Shown piece after piece: positions 24,184 to 32,000 of a stretch of 32,000 bases of DNA. Both the position numbers and the translations under genes were made by a program. Below the pieces are notes generated by a model. That model was not told where the DNA came from. It saw only the letters and a list, made by a program, of their open reading frames with translations, and did no database searches. This DNA comes from Desulfobulbus propionicus DSM 2032 (lineage in GTDB: Bacteria; Desulfobacterota; Desulfobulbia; Desulfobulbales; Desulfobulbaceae). The DNA lies in NCBI RefSeq assembly GCF_000186885.1, contig NC_014972.1, forward strand, positions 2,790,001 to 2,822,000. Reading direction: 5' to 3'. Within the stretch, counting starts at the first letter, position 1; every line of letters starts with the position of its first letter.

Positions 24184-24212
24184 AGGCCGGTGTTCCCGCA
24201 CCGGCCTTTTTT
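24184..24212 (+). terminator. Hairpin AGGCCGGTG-TTCCCG-CACCGGCCT followed by TTTTTT (terminator-like only in the plus-strand sense), between the A-like and B-like genes
   Basis: Perfect 9-bp stem read from the sequence. The T-run overlaps the complement of the transposase TAA stop codon. Confidence 0.4.
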
Positions 24213-26379
24213 ATTGTCCGCTGACCGCCTTGCGCCACATCAGGCCGTATTTGATTCGGCACGACTCCCAGTATTCCGGAAAATTGCGGTAGGGGTCGGT
24301 CTTCTCGAAGAAGGTCATGAAGTCGTTCCACTCTTGGGTGAGTTCCATGCCCTGGGCGCTCATTTCGATCAATCGTTCGTAGCGATCTGAATCGTTCAAC
24401 CGCATCAGCTCCTCTTCCAGGGCTTTGGCGACCGCCTCCTGTTGCAACCGTGTGGCCTCTTCCACTTCCCGGCGAAGTTTCTCGGCATCCAGGCTGATCA
24501 TTTTGCAGTTGGACGTGTCGATGGTCTGGATTTCACCGTTCAGCACCCCGATCTCGGCCATCTGCCGGCGGTGCTCGGGCAGGATCTCGTCCTTGAGCAG
24601 AGACCGGGCCGAGGCCGAGGCCTGTTTTTCCTGGTTCTTCTTCAGGGCGATGTGCTGGCGCAGTTTTTCCTTATCTCCCTCGTTACCCAGCTGGGCTGCC
24701 GCCGGGTGCACCTTCTCCACCGGGGTGGCCTCGCAGATCAGTTCGCCCTGTTGATCGAGCACCCAGATCGAGCTGGTATCCTGGAGGTCATAGCGGATGG
24801 ACACTTTATGCCGGCGGCCATAGAGGGCTGGGTGGTAGTAGTTCTGGCCCCGGAAGGTGATACCGTTGCGGTGGATGGTCTTGATTTCCAGGCTCATCAT
24901 CAGCCAGATCAGCTCGGTCTTATCGACACCCGGCCCCTTGCCCTCGACAAAGACCTCCATCGGGTTCCTGCCGTTCAGGTGGCCCCGTTGGGGCCGCTTG
25001 GCGTACTCATCGAACCAGAAGGCGATCAGGGTGTGGGCCTCTTCCAGGCTAAGGCAGCGGCTGCCAAACTGCTGCTCGTGGATTGTGCGGTGCAGTTTCT
25101 CCCCTCGCAGCATCCGGGGCGGCTTATGCTCGATGCTGGTCCCGGTATAGCCGGGGACCAGTCGTTCCAGTTCGGCAAAGGAGCCGAAGAACCGTTCGAC
25201 CGTCTTCGATTGGCCGTGATAGGGCCAGGCATAGATGGTCTGGCAGCCCATGCGTTCATAGAGGCCGGCATATCCTGCCTCGTCGAAGTTCTGGGAGCCC
25301 TTGAAAAACCTGGCCTTGAAGGCTCGGCCGTTGTCCAGGTAAACCACCCGGGGATACTTGCCCAGCCGCAGGACCGCTCGGCGCAGCGCACTGGAAATGG
25401 CGGCCGTGTTCTCGGTCGGCATGATCTCCCAGCCAAGCGGCATGTTGGAGGCCATATCGTAGAACAGGATGAGGGTCATGTGGTTCTGCGGTTTGCCGGT
25501 CCAGGGGTTGATGATCTCGAAGTTGAGGTTGTGGCCGTCGGCCACGATCACATCCCCCACGTTCAACAAATTCATGTCGCGCTCGATGTACATCGCGCAC
25601 TGGTCGTTCCAGGCCTTGGCGCCCTCGCGGGAGAATACCCACAGATGGTGGTTGCGTTCCTTCCAGTGATGGAGCCATCTCCGATAGGTGGCCTCGCTGT
25701 GGGTGTTGTCGATGCCCTGCTGTTCCATAACCGCCTTGGCCACGCGGTAGGCCTCCGAGATCCTCGGCCGGTTGGGCCGGAGCACGCAGCGGAGGAAGAT
25801 CTCGGTCTGCTGTTCCGTCAATCCACACTTGCCTCGTAGATGGGCGCCACGCTTATCGGCCAGGAAGAAGCAGTCATTGCCATGTTTGCGCACCTTGACT
25901 GACCAACTCTCGATGGTCTTCCAGCTTACCGGTCCAAGTTGTTCGTAGAGGTGCGGCCAGGTCAGGCCGGAGTTGTATGCCTGCTCGAATTTCACCCGCG
26001 CTTGGGTTTTGTCGCCCCAGTCAGCGGTGGCCAGTGCCCGATTGTACAAGGCGAGCAAGGCAGCCTTGTGCTGCATTTTCTCCTCCATGCGTTTGGTCAT
26101 CGGAGGTGGAGCAGTCTGTGCGCAGGGTGTGGAGATGGTTGCAGGAAAAAGGGAAACCGGGCTGCTTGGTGCCGAAGGTTGCAGGTTGCCGACACTTTGT
26201 CGCAAGGCAATGGCTGTTTGCACTGCCTTGGGGAGCCGATCGAGAAGATAGCGTTTCTCTTTGCCGCCTCGAACATCGGTCTCTTGATAGGGCCATTGTT
26301 CCTTATTGGCCCTTCGTTGAGCCGATGTCCGGTGGATGCCAAGCGCCTCGGCAATCTCGTTGATTGTTACCTGTTCCAT
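24211..26379 (-). CDS. MuA-like DDE transposase
   Basis: It has an N-terminal HTH (MEQVTINEIAEALGIHRTSAQRR). The rve-type core carries VIVADGHNLNF, VVYLDNGRAF and GQSKTVERFF, which supply the D, D and E residues. The long C-terminal domain resembles Mu transposase. I prefer the ATG at 26379 (AGGGA ribosome-binding site); the ORF track extends to 26436. Confidence 0.9.
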   Translation of the reverse strand: MEQVTINEIAEALGIHRTSAQRRANKEQWPYQETDVRGGKEKRYLLDRLPKAVQTAIALRQSVGNLQPSAPSSPVSLFPATISTPCAQTAPPPMTKRMEEKMQHKAALLALYNRALATADWGDKTQARVKFEQAYNSGLTWPHLYEQLGPVSWKTIESWSVKVRKHGNDCFFLADKRGAHLRGKCGLTEQQTEIFLRCVLRPNRPRISEAYRVAKAVMEQQGIDNTHSEATYRRWLHHWKERNHHLWVFSREGAKAWNDQCAMYIERDMNLLNVGDVIVADGHNLNFEIINPWTGKPQNHMTLILFYDMASNMPLGWEIMPTENTAAISSALRRAVLRLGKYPRVVYLDNGRAFKARFFKGSQNFDEAGYAGLYERMGCQTIYAWPYHGQSKTVERFFGSFAELERLVPGYTGTSIEHKPPRMLRGEKLHRTIHEQQFGSRCLSLEEAHTLIAFWFDEYAKRPQRGHLNGRNPMEVFVEGKGPGVDKTELIWLMMSLEIKTIHRNGITFRGQNYYHPALYGRRHKVSIRYDLQDTSSIWVLDQQGELICEATPVEKVHPAAAQLGNEGDKEKLRQHIALKKNQEKQASASARSLLKDEILPEHRRQMAEIGVLNGEIQTIDTSNCKMISLDAEKLRREVEEATRLQQEAVAKALEEELMRLNDSDRYERLIEMSAQGMELTQEWNDFMTFFEKTDPYRNFPEYWESCRIKYGLMWRKAVSGQ

Positions 26380-26469
26380 CGTTGTCCCTTGCTTGCAAAA
26401 ATCCATCTTCGTGCTACTTTGATCATCGAAAAACAACGAATTATCAATATTTCGCGAAAGGATGGAAAC

Positions 26470-26949
26470 ATGGAAAAAGAGATCATGACGTCAATCATCA
26501 CTGCTGGCGCTGCTCTCTCCGGCGTCGCGGTGTCGCAACTCGGCGGCATCGTCCGGTCACTATTCGATAAAAACAACGAACGAACCGTACTGCTGCGGTC
26601 AAAGCTCGAAGAGCTGGCGGACAACTTGCACAGGACAACGGAGTAGTTCGATTGGTTGGCGAAGACTGTTTCTGAGAAGGGTGCTCGCCCAGTAACATCA
26701 AGTGGAGGTCCCATCTCTGTTGCCACGTCATCCGAGGCCCGCCGCGTTTATGTGCTTTCATTGCTGTACTTTCCATCAATGAGGGAAGAGGCGAGAACAC
26801 TGCTCAACTCTTCCTACGAGTTTTATCTGCTTATGCAGAGCCTTGATAACTTCGACCCGCAAAAGCTAACCGAGATCACCTCGAATTACCGGGCCGCGAA
26901 AAAAGCTTTGGACGACCTCACATCCCTTGAGGCCGAGAAAATCACCTGA
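26470..26949 (+). pseudogene. Plus-strand ORF split by a single in-frame TAG (58 codons, TAG, 100 codons): nonsense-disrupted moron or readthrough gene
   Basis: The ATG at 26470 has an AAGGA upstream. The TAG at 26644-26646 is in the same frame as the following ORF, which is annotated from the TTG at 26656 and ends at 26949. The N-terminal part has a Gly/Ala-rich hydrophobic helix. Confidence 0.4.
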
Positions 26950-26975
26950 CATCATTCGGCGCCTGGTTGTATGCA

Positions 26976-27188
26976 TCATGCCGCCTTCTCCATGCTCTTT
27001 GGAAGGTCGAGATAGTGTTCCGGGCAGCCCTGATCTTTCAGATATTGGAGAACCTTCCGAAGATTCTTCTTGCCGTCGATGGTCAGTGAAACCGGGGTAT
27101 GGTTGCGATAACCGAGGGCACGTCTGGCCGATTCGACAGTCATTTGGTGGCGAAGCATCCATATCCGTATCTCGGTCGAGTTCCTCAT
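26976..27188 (-). CDS. Ner/Nlp-like small HTH DNA-binding protein
   Basis: 70 aa from the ATG at 27188, which overlaps the upstream TGA as ATGA. The sequence EIRIWMLRHQMTVESARRALGYRNHTPVSLTIDGKKNLRKVLQYL resembles the Ner-type HTH layout. Confidence 0.5.
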   Translation of the reverse strand: MRNSTEIRIWMLRHQMTVESARRALGYRNHTPVSLTIDGKKNLRKVLQYLKDQGCPEHYLDLPKSMEKAA

Positions 27189-27661
27189 CCCAGCTCCTCT
27201 TCGATCTTCTTCATCTTCTTCCGCAGTGCCTTGGTCTTTTGGTACACCCTGGCCCACTCGAGCAGTTTCACATCCTCGCCTTCGATGACCATTCCACCAA
27301 GAGTGGCGACCATCACCGCCATCGGTTGCACCGTGCCCAGGGCTGCACATAAGAGTGATAGTGCCTTGATACCTGGCACCCGGCTGTCGTCTTCCACGTT
27401 CAGCCATTTCTCAAACAGGTCCTTGCTCACGCCAGCCTTGCCATTGATGGGCACATTATGTCGGCGGGCCAACTCGTTCATCCGGTCCAACACCTGATCC
27501 CGCGACTGGCCGGAGGCCTTCACCGCCTGGTTCAAGGCCTCCTTCACATCGCGGACAACCGTGTGCAGTCCGGAATTGCTGAAGATTGTCAGTTGGGTAG
27601 GTGGCAAAGTTCGTGCTCCTGTCCGCCGATGTGGCACTGCGTGTCCTATTTTTGATGACAC
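27185..27661 (-). CDS. First early-operon protein, function unknown (possible regulator)
   Basis: The ORF track starts it at the GTG at 27661. The TTG at 27607, preceded by AGGAG at 8 nt, is a better start. The gene is translationally coupled to the Ner-like gene. Confidence 0.5.
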   Translation of the reverse strand: MSSKIGHAVPHRRTGARTLPPTQLTIFSNSGLHTVVRDVKEALNQAVKASGQSRDQVLDRMNELARRHNVPINGKAGVSKDLFEKWLNVEDDSRVPGIKALSLLCAALGTVQPMAVMVATLGGMVIEGEDVKLLEWARVYQKTKALRKKMKKIEEELG

Positions 27662-27740
27662 GCGGACGTTGTAAAAACATCCGGCCTCTGATACTGTCCA
27701 TTTATGGAACTTTCGTTTCCTTATCGGTCGTGATAGTCGC

Positions 27741-27773
27741 CCATTTTTGGCAAATTGTCAATGCCAAAAATGG
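27741..27773. promoter_or_regulatory. Perfect 12-bp inverted repeat CCATTTTTGGCA-N9-TGCCAAAAATGG in the divergent repressor/early control region
   Basis: Read directly from the sequence. It lies between the early-operon start and the repressor start. Confidence 0.6.
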
Positions 27774-27774
27774 C

Positions 27775-27905
27775 GCACAGCTTTATTTTGGGCTGATACG
27801 CGGGTTTGCTTCACAAAAAATACGATAAATCAGCGTTATAAAGGGAGCGGTGCGTACAGAAAAAACGCACAGCTTTCTGCACAGCTTTCCAAAATTAAGC
27901 TGTGC
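27775..27905. promoter_or_regulatory. Operator-like repeats: GCACAGCTTT three times direct (27775, 27867, 27879) plus an inverted AAGCTGTGC (27897-27905)
   Basis: Read directly from the sequence. The last direct copy and the inverted copy form a 9-bp dyad with a 9-nt spacer, about 30 bp upstream of the repressor ATG. Confidence 0.6.
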
Positions 27906-27934
27906 ACCGGAATTGATCATTCAAAGGTGGGCGA

Positions 27935-28681
27935 ATGAGTCTTGGAAACAGAATTAAATCCGTCAGAGGAACCCTTTCCCAAAAAGAGTTTAGCGATGTG
28001 TGCAAGGTTGGGATTTCTACGCTTAGGCGTTATGAGTCAGGAGTAAACCCTCCTGACTCCGATTTTTTATGCGCTATCGTTGATAATTATAATATCAACC
28101 CTATGTGGCTGTTGAGTGGTGAGGGGCCGATGTACCGAGAAAGAAACACGGATCCGCACGGTGCCAGTACTAATTCAACCAGCGCAAAGATACCGCAACG
28201 GCCTGTTTATATGGACGATAGCGGCCAAGTAGTCATCCCCCAATGGCAGAATCCCGATCCAGAGATGTTCGATTACATCCCTATGGCGGAAACGCAACTT
28301 TCCGCAGGGGGAGGAGCCTTTGTTATCTCGGAAGAGATCGAAGGATATTATGCATTTAGAAAAAGCTGGCTGAGCAGAGTCGCATCCAGCACCAAGAACT
28401 TGGTACTCATGCGGGTTCTCGGAGACTCGATGTCGCCAACCATTCAGGAAGACGACACAGTGATGATCGATATCGGGAAAAGATCGATAAAGGAGGGAAT
28501 GATCTACGCCATCCGCTTTGATTCCACAGTCATGATTAAGCGGTTGGCCTTTCGCCCTGGCGGGCGCATCATGATAATCTCAGACAATCGGCACGAATAC
28601 GAGCCTTACGAAGCCGACATGAGGGAACTGCACATCATCGGCCAGATCATTTTTTTCTGCCGAACCTTCGCCACCGAATAG
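27935..28681 (+). CDS. Prophage repressor: XRE-type HTH plus S24 (LexA/CI-like) autopeptidase domain
   Basis: 248 aa. The N-terminal HTH is LSQKEFSDVCKVGISTLRRYESG. The C-terminal domain has GDSMSPT (catalytic Ser) and MIKRL (Lys). The gene is divergent from the early operon. Confidence 0.85.
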   Translation: MSLGNRIKSVRGTLSQKEFSDVCKVGISTLRRYESGVNPPDSDFLCAIVDNYNINPMWLLSGEGPMYRERNTDPHGASTNSTSAKIPQRPVYMDDSGQVVIPQWQNPDPEMFDYIPMAETQLSAGGGAFVISEEIEGYYAFRKSWLSRVASSTKNLVLMRVLGDSMSPTIQEDDTVMIDIGKRSIKEGMIYAIRFDSTVMIKRLAFRPGGRIMIISDNRHEYEPYEADMRELHIIGQIIFFCRTFATE

Positions 28682-28954
28682 AGGTAGTTTCAGCCAGCAT
28701 TAACTTTCTCGCTCTTGATGCAAAATCCTGCCAATTTCACCCCAAAACCGAAAAGTTTCTTGTTTTAGAAATTTGTCCGCAAAATTTTTTCCAGACGTCC
28801 ACAAATGCCCATAGCGTTTGGAAAAAGTGCCATAAAAGTATCACCATTCCACGCTATTCAAAGTTTCTGGGTTTATGTGCCCCCCTATACCCCTATATGC
28901 AGAATCTCGCGCGAGTTTACAATATACGGGACAGGAGCGGGATAAATTGTCCTA

Positions 28955-28994
28955 GAAACAAAAAAGCCACTTAGCAAAAACTTGCTAAGTGGCT
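28955..28994 (-). terminator. Rho-independent terminator downstream of tRNA-Arg
   Basis: A 13-bp perfect stem (28965-28977 pairs with 28982-28994) with a 4-nt loop is followed on the minus strand by TTTTTTGTTTC. Confidence 0.65.
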
Positions 28995-29002
28995 GATATT
29001 AC

Positions 29003-29079
29003 TGGTGAACGAGGCGGGATTCGAACCCGCGACCTTTGGCTTCGGAGGCCAACACTCTATCCAGCTGAGCTACCCGTCC
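29003..29079 (-). tRNA. tRNA-Arg(CCG): tRNA-Arg, anticodon CCG, with encoded CCA
   Basis: I folded the 77-nt reverse complement by hand: GGACGGG-TA-GCTC-AGCTGGATA-GAGT-G-TTGGC-CTCCGAA-GCCAA-AGGTC-GCGGG-TTCGAAT-CCCGC-CTCGTTC-A-CCA. All four stems pair, with two G-U pairs in the acceptor stem. Confidence 0.9.
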
Positions 29080-29243
29080 GTAATATATTTATTTTATCAC
29101 AGTGGCTTAAAACACTTGGCGCACACCGGTGCTTTTTTACCAAAAAGAGCTCCCAATTACCACAAGTATTCTCACTTTCAGCCTTCTTTTCTCTCCAGAC
29201 GACCGCTGACGCGCAATCCTCTCGAACAGCGGCAGCACAGGGG

Positions 29244-30263
29244 TCACACCCTGTAATAACGTCGGTACCAATCAACGAAGTTTCTGATTCCCTGTTCAAT
29301 GGACGTGGACGGTTTGAAACCGACCGCTTGCACCAAGTCGGCCACATCGGCATAGGTTGCGGGAACATCCCCATCCTGGAGCGGAAGAAAATTCTTACGA
29401 GCCTTTTTTCCCAGGCAGTCTTCCAGCACTTCGATGTAGCGCATCAGCTTTTCCTTCTTGTTGTTGCCGATGTTATACACCCGCCAGGGGCAATAGCTGG
29501 TGGCGGCGTCCGGTTGGTCGCCACTCCATTGCGAATTGGCCGAGGCCACGTGGTCAATAACCCGCACCACCCCTTCGGCAATATCGTCGATGTAGGTGAA
29601 ATCCCGCTCCATGTTGCCGTTGTTGAACACATTGATCGGCCGGTCTTCGAGAATGGCCTTGGTAAAGAGAAACAAGGCCATATCCGGCCGGCCCCAAGGA
29701 CCATAGACAGTAAAAAAGCGCAGTCCCGTGGTCGGAATATGAAACAGATGGCTATAGGTATGGGCCATCAGTTCGTTGGCCTTTTTCGAGGCGGCATAGA
29801 GGGAAACCGGGTGATCGACATTGTCATGCACCGAAAAGGGCATGCGGGTGTTGGCGCCATAGACCGAACTGGAAGACGCATAGACCAAATGCTTGACGCC
29901 GGTGTGGCGGCATCCTTCAAGGATATTGACAAAACCGACCAGATTGGTGTCCACGTAAGAGTGGGGATTGATCAACGAATAGCGTACCCCGGCCTGGGCA
30001 GCCAGGTTGACCACCGCATCGAACTGTTCACGGGCAAACAGGGCCGCCGTCCGCTCCCGGTCGGCCATGTCAAACTCGACATGGTGGAAGGCGGCGAAAG
30101 CCTGCAACTCGGCCAAGCGGTCCCGTTTGAGTTGCGGATCGTAATAATCGTTGAGATTATCGAGCCCGACAACCGAGCGCCCTTCCGCCAACAGTCGAAG
30201 GGTCAAGGCGTGACCAATGAAGCCGGCCGCGCCGGTAACCAATATCTTGTGCAACGCTTTCAA
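29244..30263 (-). CDS. NAD-dependent nucleotide-sugar epimerase (UDP-glucuronate 4-epimerase-like, extended SDR)
   Basis: It shows the Rossmann motif VTGAAGFIG, the catalytic YAASK, and ends in DWYRRYY. The likely start is the TTG at 30263, 6 nt after AGGAGG; the ORF track extends to 30299. Confidence 0.85.
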   Translation of the reverse strand: MKALHKILVTGAAGFIGHALTLRLLAEGRSVVGLDNLNDYYDPQLKRDRLAELQAFAAFHHVEFDMADRERTAALFAREQFDAVVNLAAQAGVRYSLINPHSYVDTNLVGFVNILEGCRHTGVKHLVYASSSSVYGANTRMPFSVHDNVDHPVSLYAASKKANELMAHTYSHLFHIPTTGLRFFTVYGPWGRPDMALFLFTKAILEDRPINVFNNGNMERDFTYIDDIAEGVVRVIDHVASANSQWSGDQPDAATSYCPWRVYNIGNNKKEKLMRYIEVLEDCLGKKARKNFLPLQDGDVPATYADVADLVQAVGFKPSTSIEQGIRNFVDWYRRYYRV

Positions 30264-30307
30264 TGCCTTCCTCCTCTCTTTCCCGCAGCCTGGAACCACG
30301 ATCCAGG

Positions 30308-31588
30308 TCAGTCGTCAAAATTCCCCTGCGGCCCCTTGTCGGTGGACAAGGTGGCGCCCCATTCCCTGATCTTGGCCACGGTCCAGTTCTCGGGCGACTC
30401 GATCCGGCCGGTTTTCGGACCGATATCGTAGGAACCGGCCTCAAGTATGGCCTCGACGCCAAAACGGGCGGTGTCTGCGGCATTGAACACTTCCACCAGC
30501 ATGGTGTAGATAAAATTTTCCACCCGCCGGGCCATCCGTTCACGAATTGCCTTGGGCTGGCCCATGATTTTATTTTCAAACGGCAGGTTCAAGTTCTTGT
30601 AATCGCCTGTTTTCCAACCCTTGCTCTCGGCATGGGCGCGCATCGCCTGCCATAGCTCCTCAGTGACACCCTCGCCGGGAATTTTGATAAAATCACCGTT
30701 GGCGTCAAGAGCCGCATTGCCATAATCGTTGACTTCCAATCCCCAGGAAACCATTTGCAACGCGGTGGCCACATTGGCCTTGGTGGTGTAGGTCTGGGCG
30801 GCGATTGCTCGCAGCCGATCGGAGTTGTTGCCCGAGGTGCCGTGTTGGGCTCCGGACACCGCATAACCGGCCAGCGCCTTGTGGATGTCGGCGGTCAGTT
30901 CCACCTGAATTCCTTGGGCGGATGCCTCGATGCCATGGGTCGTGCCGTTGTTGAGTGCGATCCAATCGGGAAAAATATCGTGCGCGTTGAGCCCCTGGAT
31001 GATGAACAAGGCCTCTTCCTTGGTGGACAGGCCAAGTTTACCTTTGATTTCCCCGACCTCGGTTTCCAGACCGGCCCAAACGGGAACATACTTGGCCAGT
31101 TCGATGCTGGCCAGCAGGTTGTCGGCATCGGGCATGTGCGAGGCGTCGATGGCGATTGAAGTGATGCCTGCCTCGAAGATGGTGGGGATTTCGACCGCCG
31201 CCACCGGCACATCCTCAGCCTTCTTGATGCCATAGTGATCGGCATGAATAGCCACCGGCACGGTAATGGCCAGCTCGTTGCACAGCGCGTCCACCTGACG
31301 GGCAATGTTCCAGTAGTTGACGGGGCAGTAGGCGTTAGCTCCGCCCTCGGATCGGGCAATCTCGATGATGATGGCCGCATGGGCCCGCTGCGCCGCCTGA
31401 AGGGCCCCACGGATAATCAAGTGATTTCGACCATTGGCGGCAATGGTCATCGCGCCACCCTTGGCCAGCATCGCGCGGTCGATCACCTTGCCGCTGACGA
31501 TCAGGGCGCGTGAATGGGGAAACAGGGTGCGAATATTCGGCGGCCGGCCGATCTCCAGGGCTTTTTCAAAATCAGCTATATAGGACAT
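30308..31588 (-). CDS. fba: Class II fructose-bisphosphate aldolase family protein (long form)
   Basis: 426 aa. It carries the metal and substrate motifs [17 protein letters not shown] and NNGTTHG. Confidence 0.8.
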   Translation of the reverse strand: MSYIADFEKALEIGRPPNIRTLFPHSRALIVSGKVIDRAMLAKGGAMTIAANGRNHLIIRGALQAAQRAHAAIIIEIARSEGGANAYCPVNYWNIARQVDALCNELAITVPVAIHADHYGIKKAEDVPVAAVEIPTIFEAGITSIAIDASHMPDADNLLASIELAKYVPVWAGLETEVGEIKGKLGLSTKEEALFIIQGLNAHDIFPDWIALNNGTTHGIEASAQGIQVELTADIHKALAGYAVSGAQHGTSGNNSDRLRAIAAQTYTTKANVATALQMVSWGLEVNDYGNAALDANGDFIKIPGEGVTEELWQAMRAHAESKGWKTGDYKNLNLPFENKIMGQPKAIRERMARRVENFIYTMLVEVFNAADTARFGVEAILEAGSYDIGPKTGRIESPENWTVAKIREWGATLSTDKGPQGNFDD

Positions 31589-31739
31589 GCGTTCCCTCCT
31601 ATTGACAATGCATCTGGTTCAAGATTGGGCGTTTTTTCATTCATGCAAACAATACCGCTGCCACACATAAAGTAAACGAGTCCGGCGTGAGTCGGCAAGG
31701 ACAAATCCATCGTGTTCCGGGGGGGCCTGTTGCTCGCCC

Positions 31740-32000
31740 TCACAGCGGGCCTCGTTGCTCGTCGCCCTCGCCTTCGGCGTCAAAACCGGCCGGCTTTGCC
31801 TCGGTTTTGGACGGAAAACCTGCCAAGGTCGTGCGGGCGAAGAGAACCACCGCGAGGATACTGATTTCGTAGAGCACGATCAACGGTCCGGCCATCAGCA
31901 GTTGGTTGACCACGTCCGGGGTGGGAGTCAGGATGGCGGCAAGGACAAAGGCTATCAAGAGCGCATACTTACGGTTCTTTTTCAAGAACGATCCGCTGAC
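31740..32000 (-). CDS. tatC: Twin-arginine translocase subunit TatC, C-terminal part (gene continues beyond window end)
   Basis: The segment [39 protein letters not shown] matches the conserved last TM region of TatC. The frame stays open to the window edge. Confidence 0.75.
   Translation of the reverse strand, partial: VSGSFLKKNRKYALLIAFVLAAILTPTPDVVNQLLMAGPLIVLYEISILAVVLFARTTLAGFPSKTEAKPAGFDAEGEGDEQRGPL

Larger units (their letters stand above)
1..28900 (-). mobile_element. Mu-like transposable prophage, partial (repressor/transposase end through the tail tape-measure gene; continues beyond window start)
   Basis: Minus-strand gene order is colinear with Mu: Ner-like, MuA-like transposase, MuB-like ATPase, DUF3164, GemA, Mor, lysis, terminase, portal, gpF, gpG, gpI, gpT, gp36/37-like, tube, chaperone, tape measure. 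A divergent repressor sits on the plus strand. The right boundary is only bracketed (28682-28955) because the other phage end is outside the window. Confidence 0.85.

Noticed and set aside
29003-29079. tRNA-Arg as an integrase attachment site defining a genomic island
   Set aside because: There is no integrase and no duplicated tRNA 3' segment in the window. The adjacent element has Mu-type transposition genes, so the adjacency is probably coincidental.
4941-30431. Other long plus-strand ORFs opposite phage or host genes (4941-5822, 5847-6908, 6898-7506, 10277-11185, 11761-12645, 12539-13477, 13461-14159, 21638-22342, 23552-24184, 24442-25839, 28989-30431)
   Set aside because: All are shadow ORFs antisense to well-supported minus-strand genes. 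They have Arg/Gly/Pro/Leu-biased junk composition, and high GC suppresses stop codons.
1-32000. CRISPR arrays, retron or DGR reverse transcriptases, rRNA genes, IS elements
   Set aside because: I saw no regularly spaced direct repeats, no RT-like ORF, no rRNA-like sequence, and no transposase other than the MuA-like gene on either strand.

Overview
The window holds about 29 kb of a GC-rich Mu-like transposable prophage, followed by about 3 kb of host flank. All core phage genes are on the minus strand. From right to left they run: early genes, a Ner-like HTH, a MuA-like DDE transposase, a MuB-like AAA+ ATPase, DUF3164, GemA/gp16 and Mor, then the lysis cassette, terminase, DUF935 portal, gpF, gpG, gpI protease and gpT major head, then gp36/gp37-like proteins, a siphovirus-type tail tube, a chaperone and the tape measure, which runs off the window start. 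An S24/LexA-type repressor is transcribed divergently on the plus strand (27935-28681). The host flank carries tRNA-Arg(CCG), an NAD-dependent sugar-nucleotide epimerase, a class II fructose-bisphosphate aldolase and the 3' part of tatC. The main find is a 6.3 kb AT-richer island on the opposite strand (about 14040-20354), wedged between the Mor gene and the endolysin gene. It has five plus-strand genes. The first is a PD-(D/E)xK-like nuclease domain fused to a gamma-class N6-adenine methyltransferase. The second is a two-TRD HsdS specificity subunit; no HsdR is present, so the layout looks like BcgI Type IIB. The third is a 191-aa protein with a C-terminal Rx4H (HEPN-like) motif, translationally coupled to hsdS. 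The last two form a tightly coupled, even lower-GC pair: an unrecognisable 300-aa soluble protein and a 174-aa four-TM protein. I read the island as prophage-borne anti-phage cargo whose last three genes may be an undescribed defence or abortive-infection module. All functional calls come from reading the translations by eye; no database search was possible.
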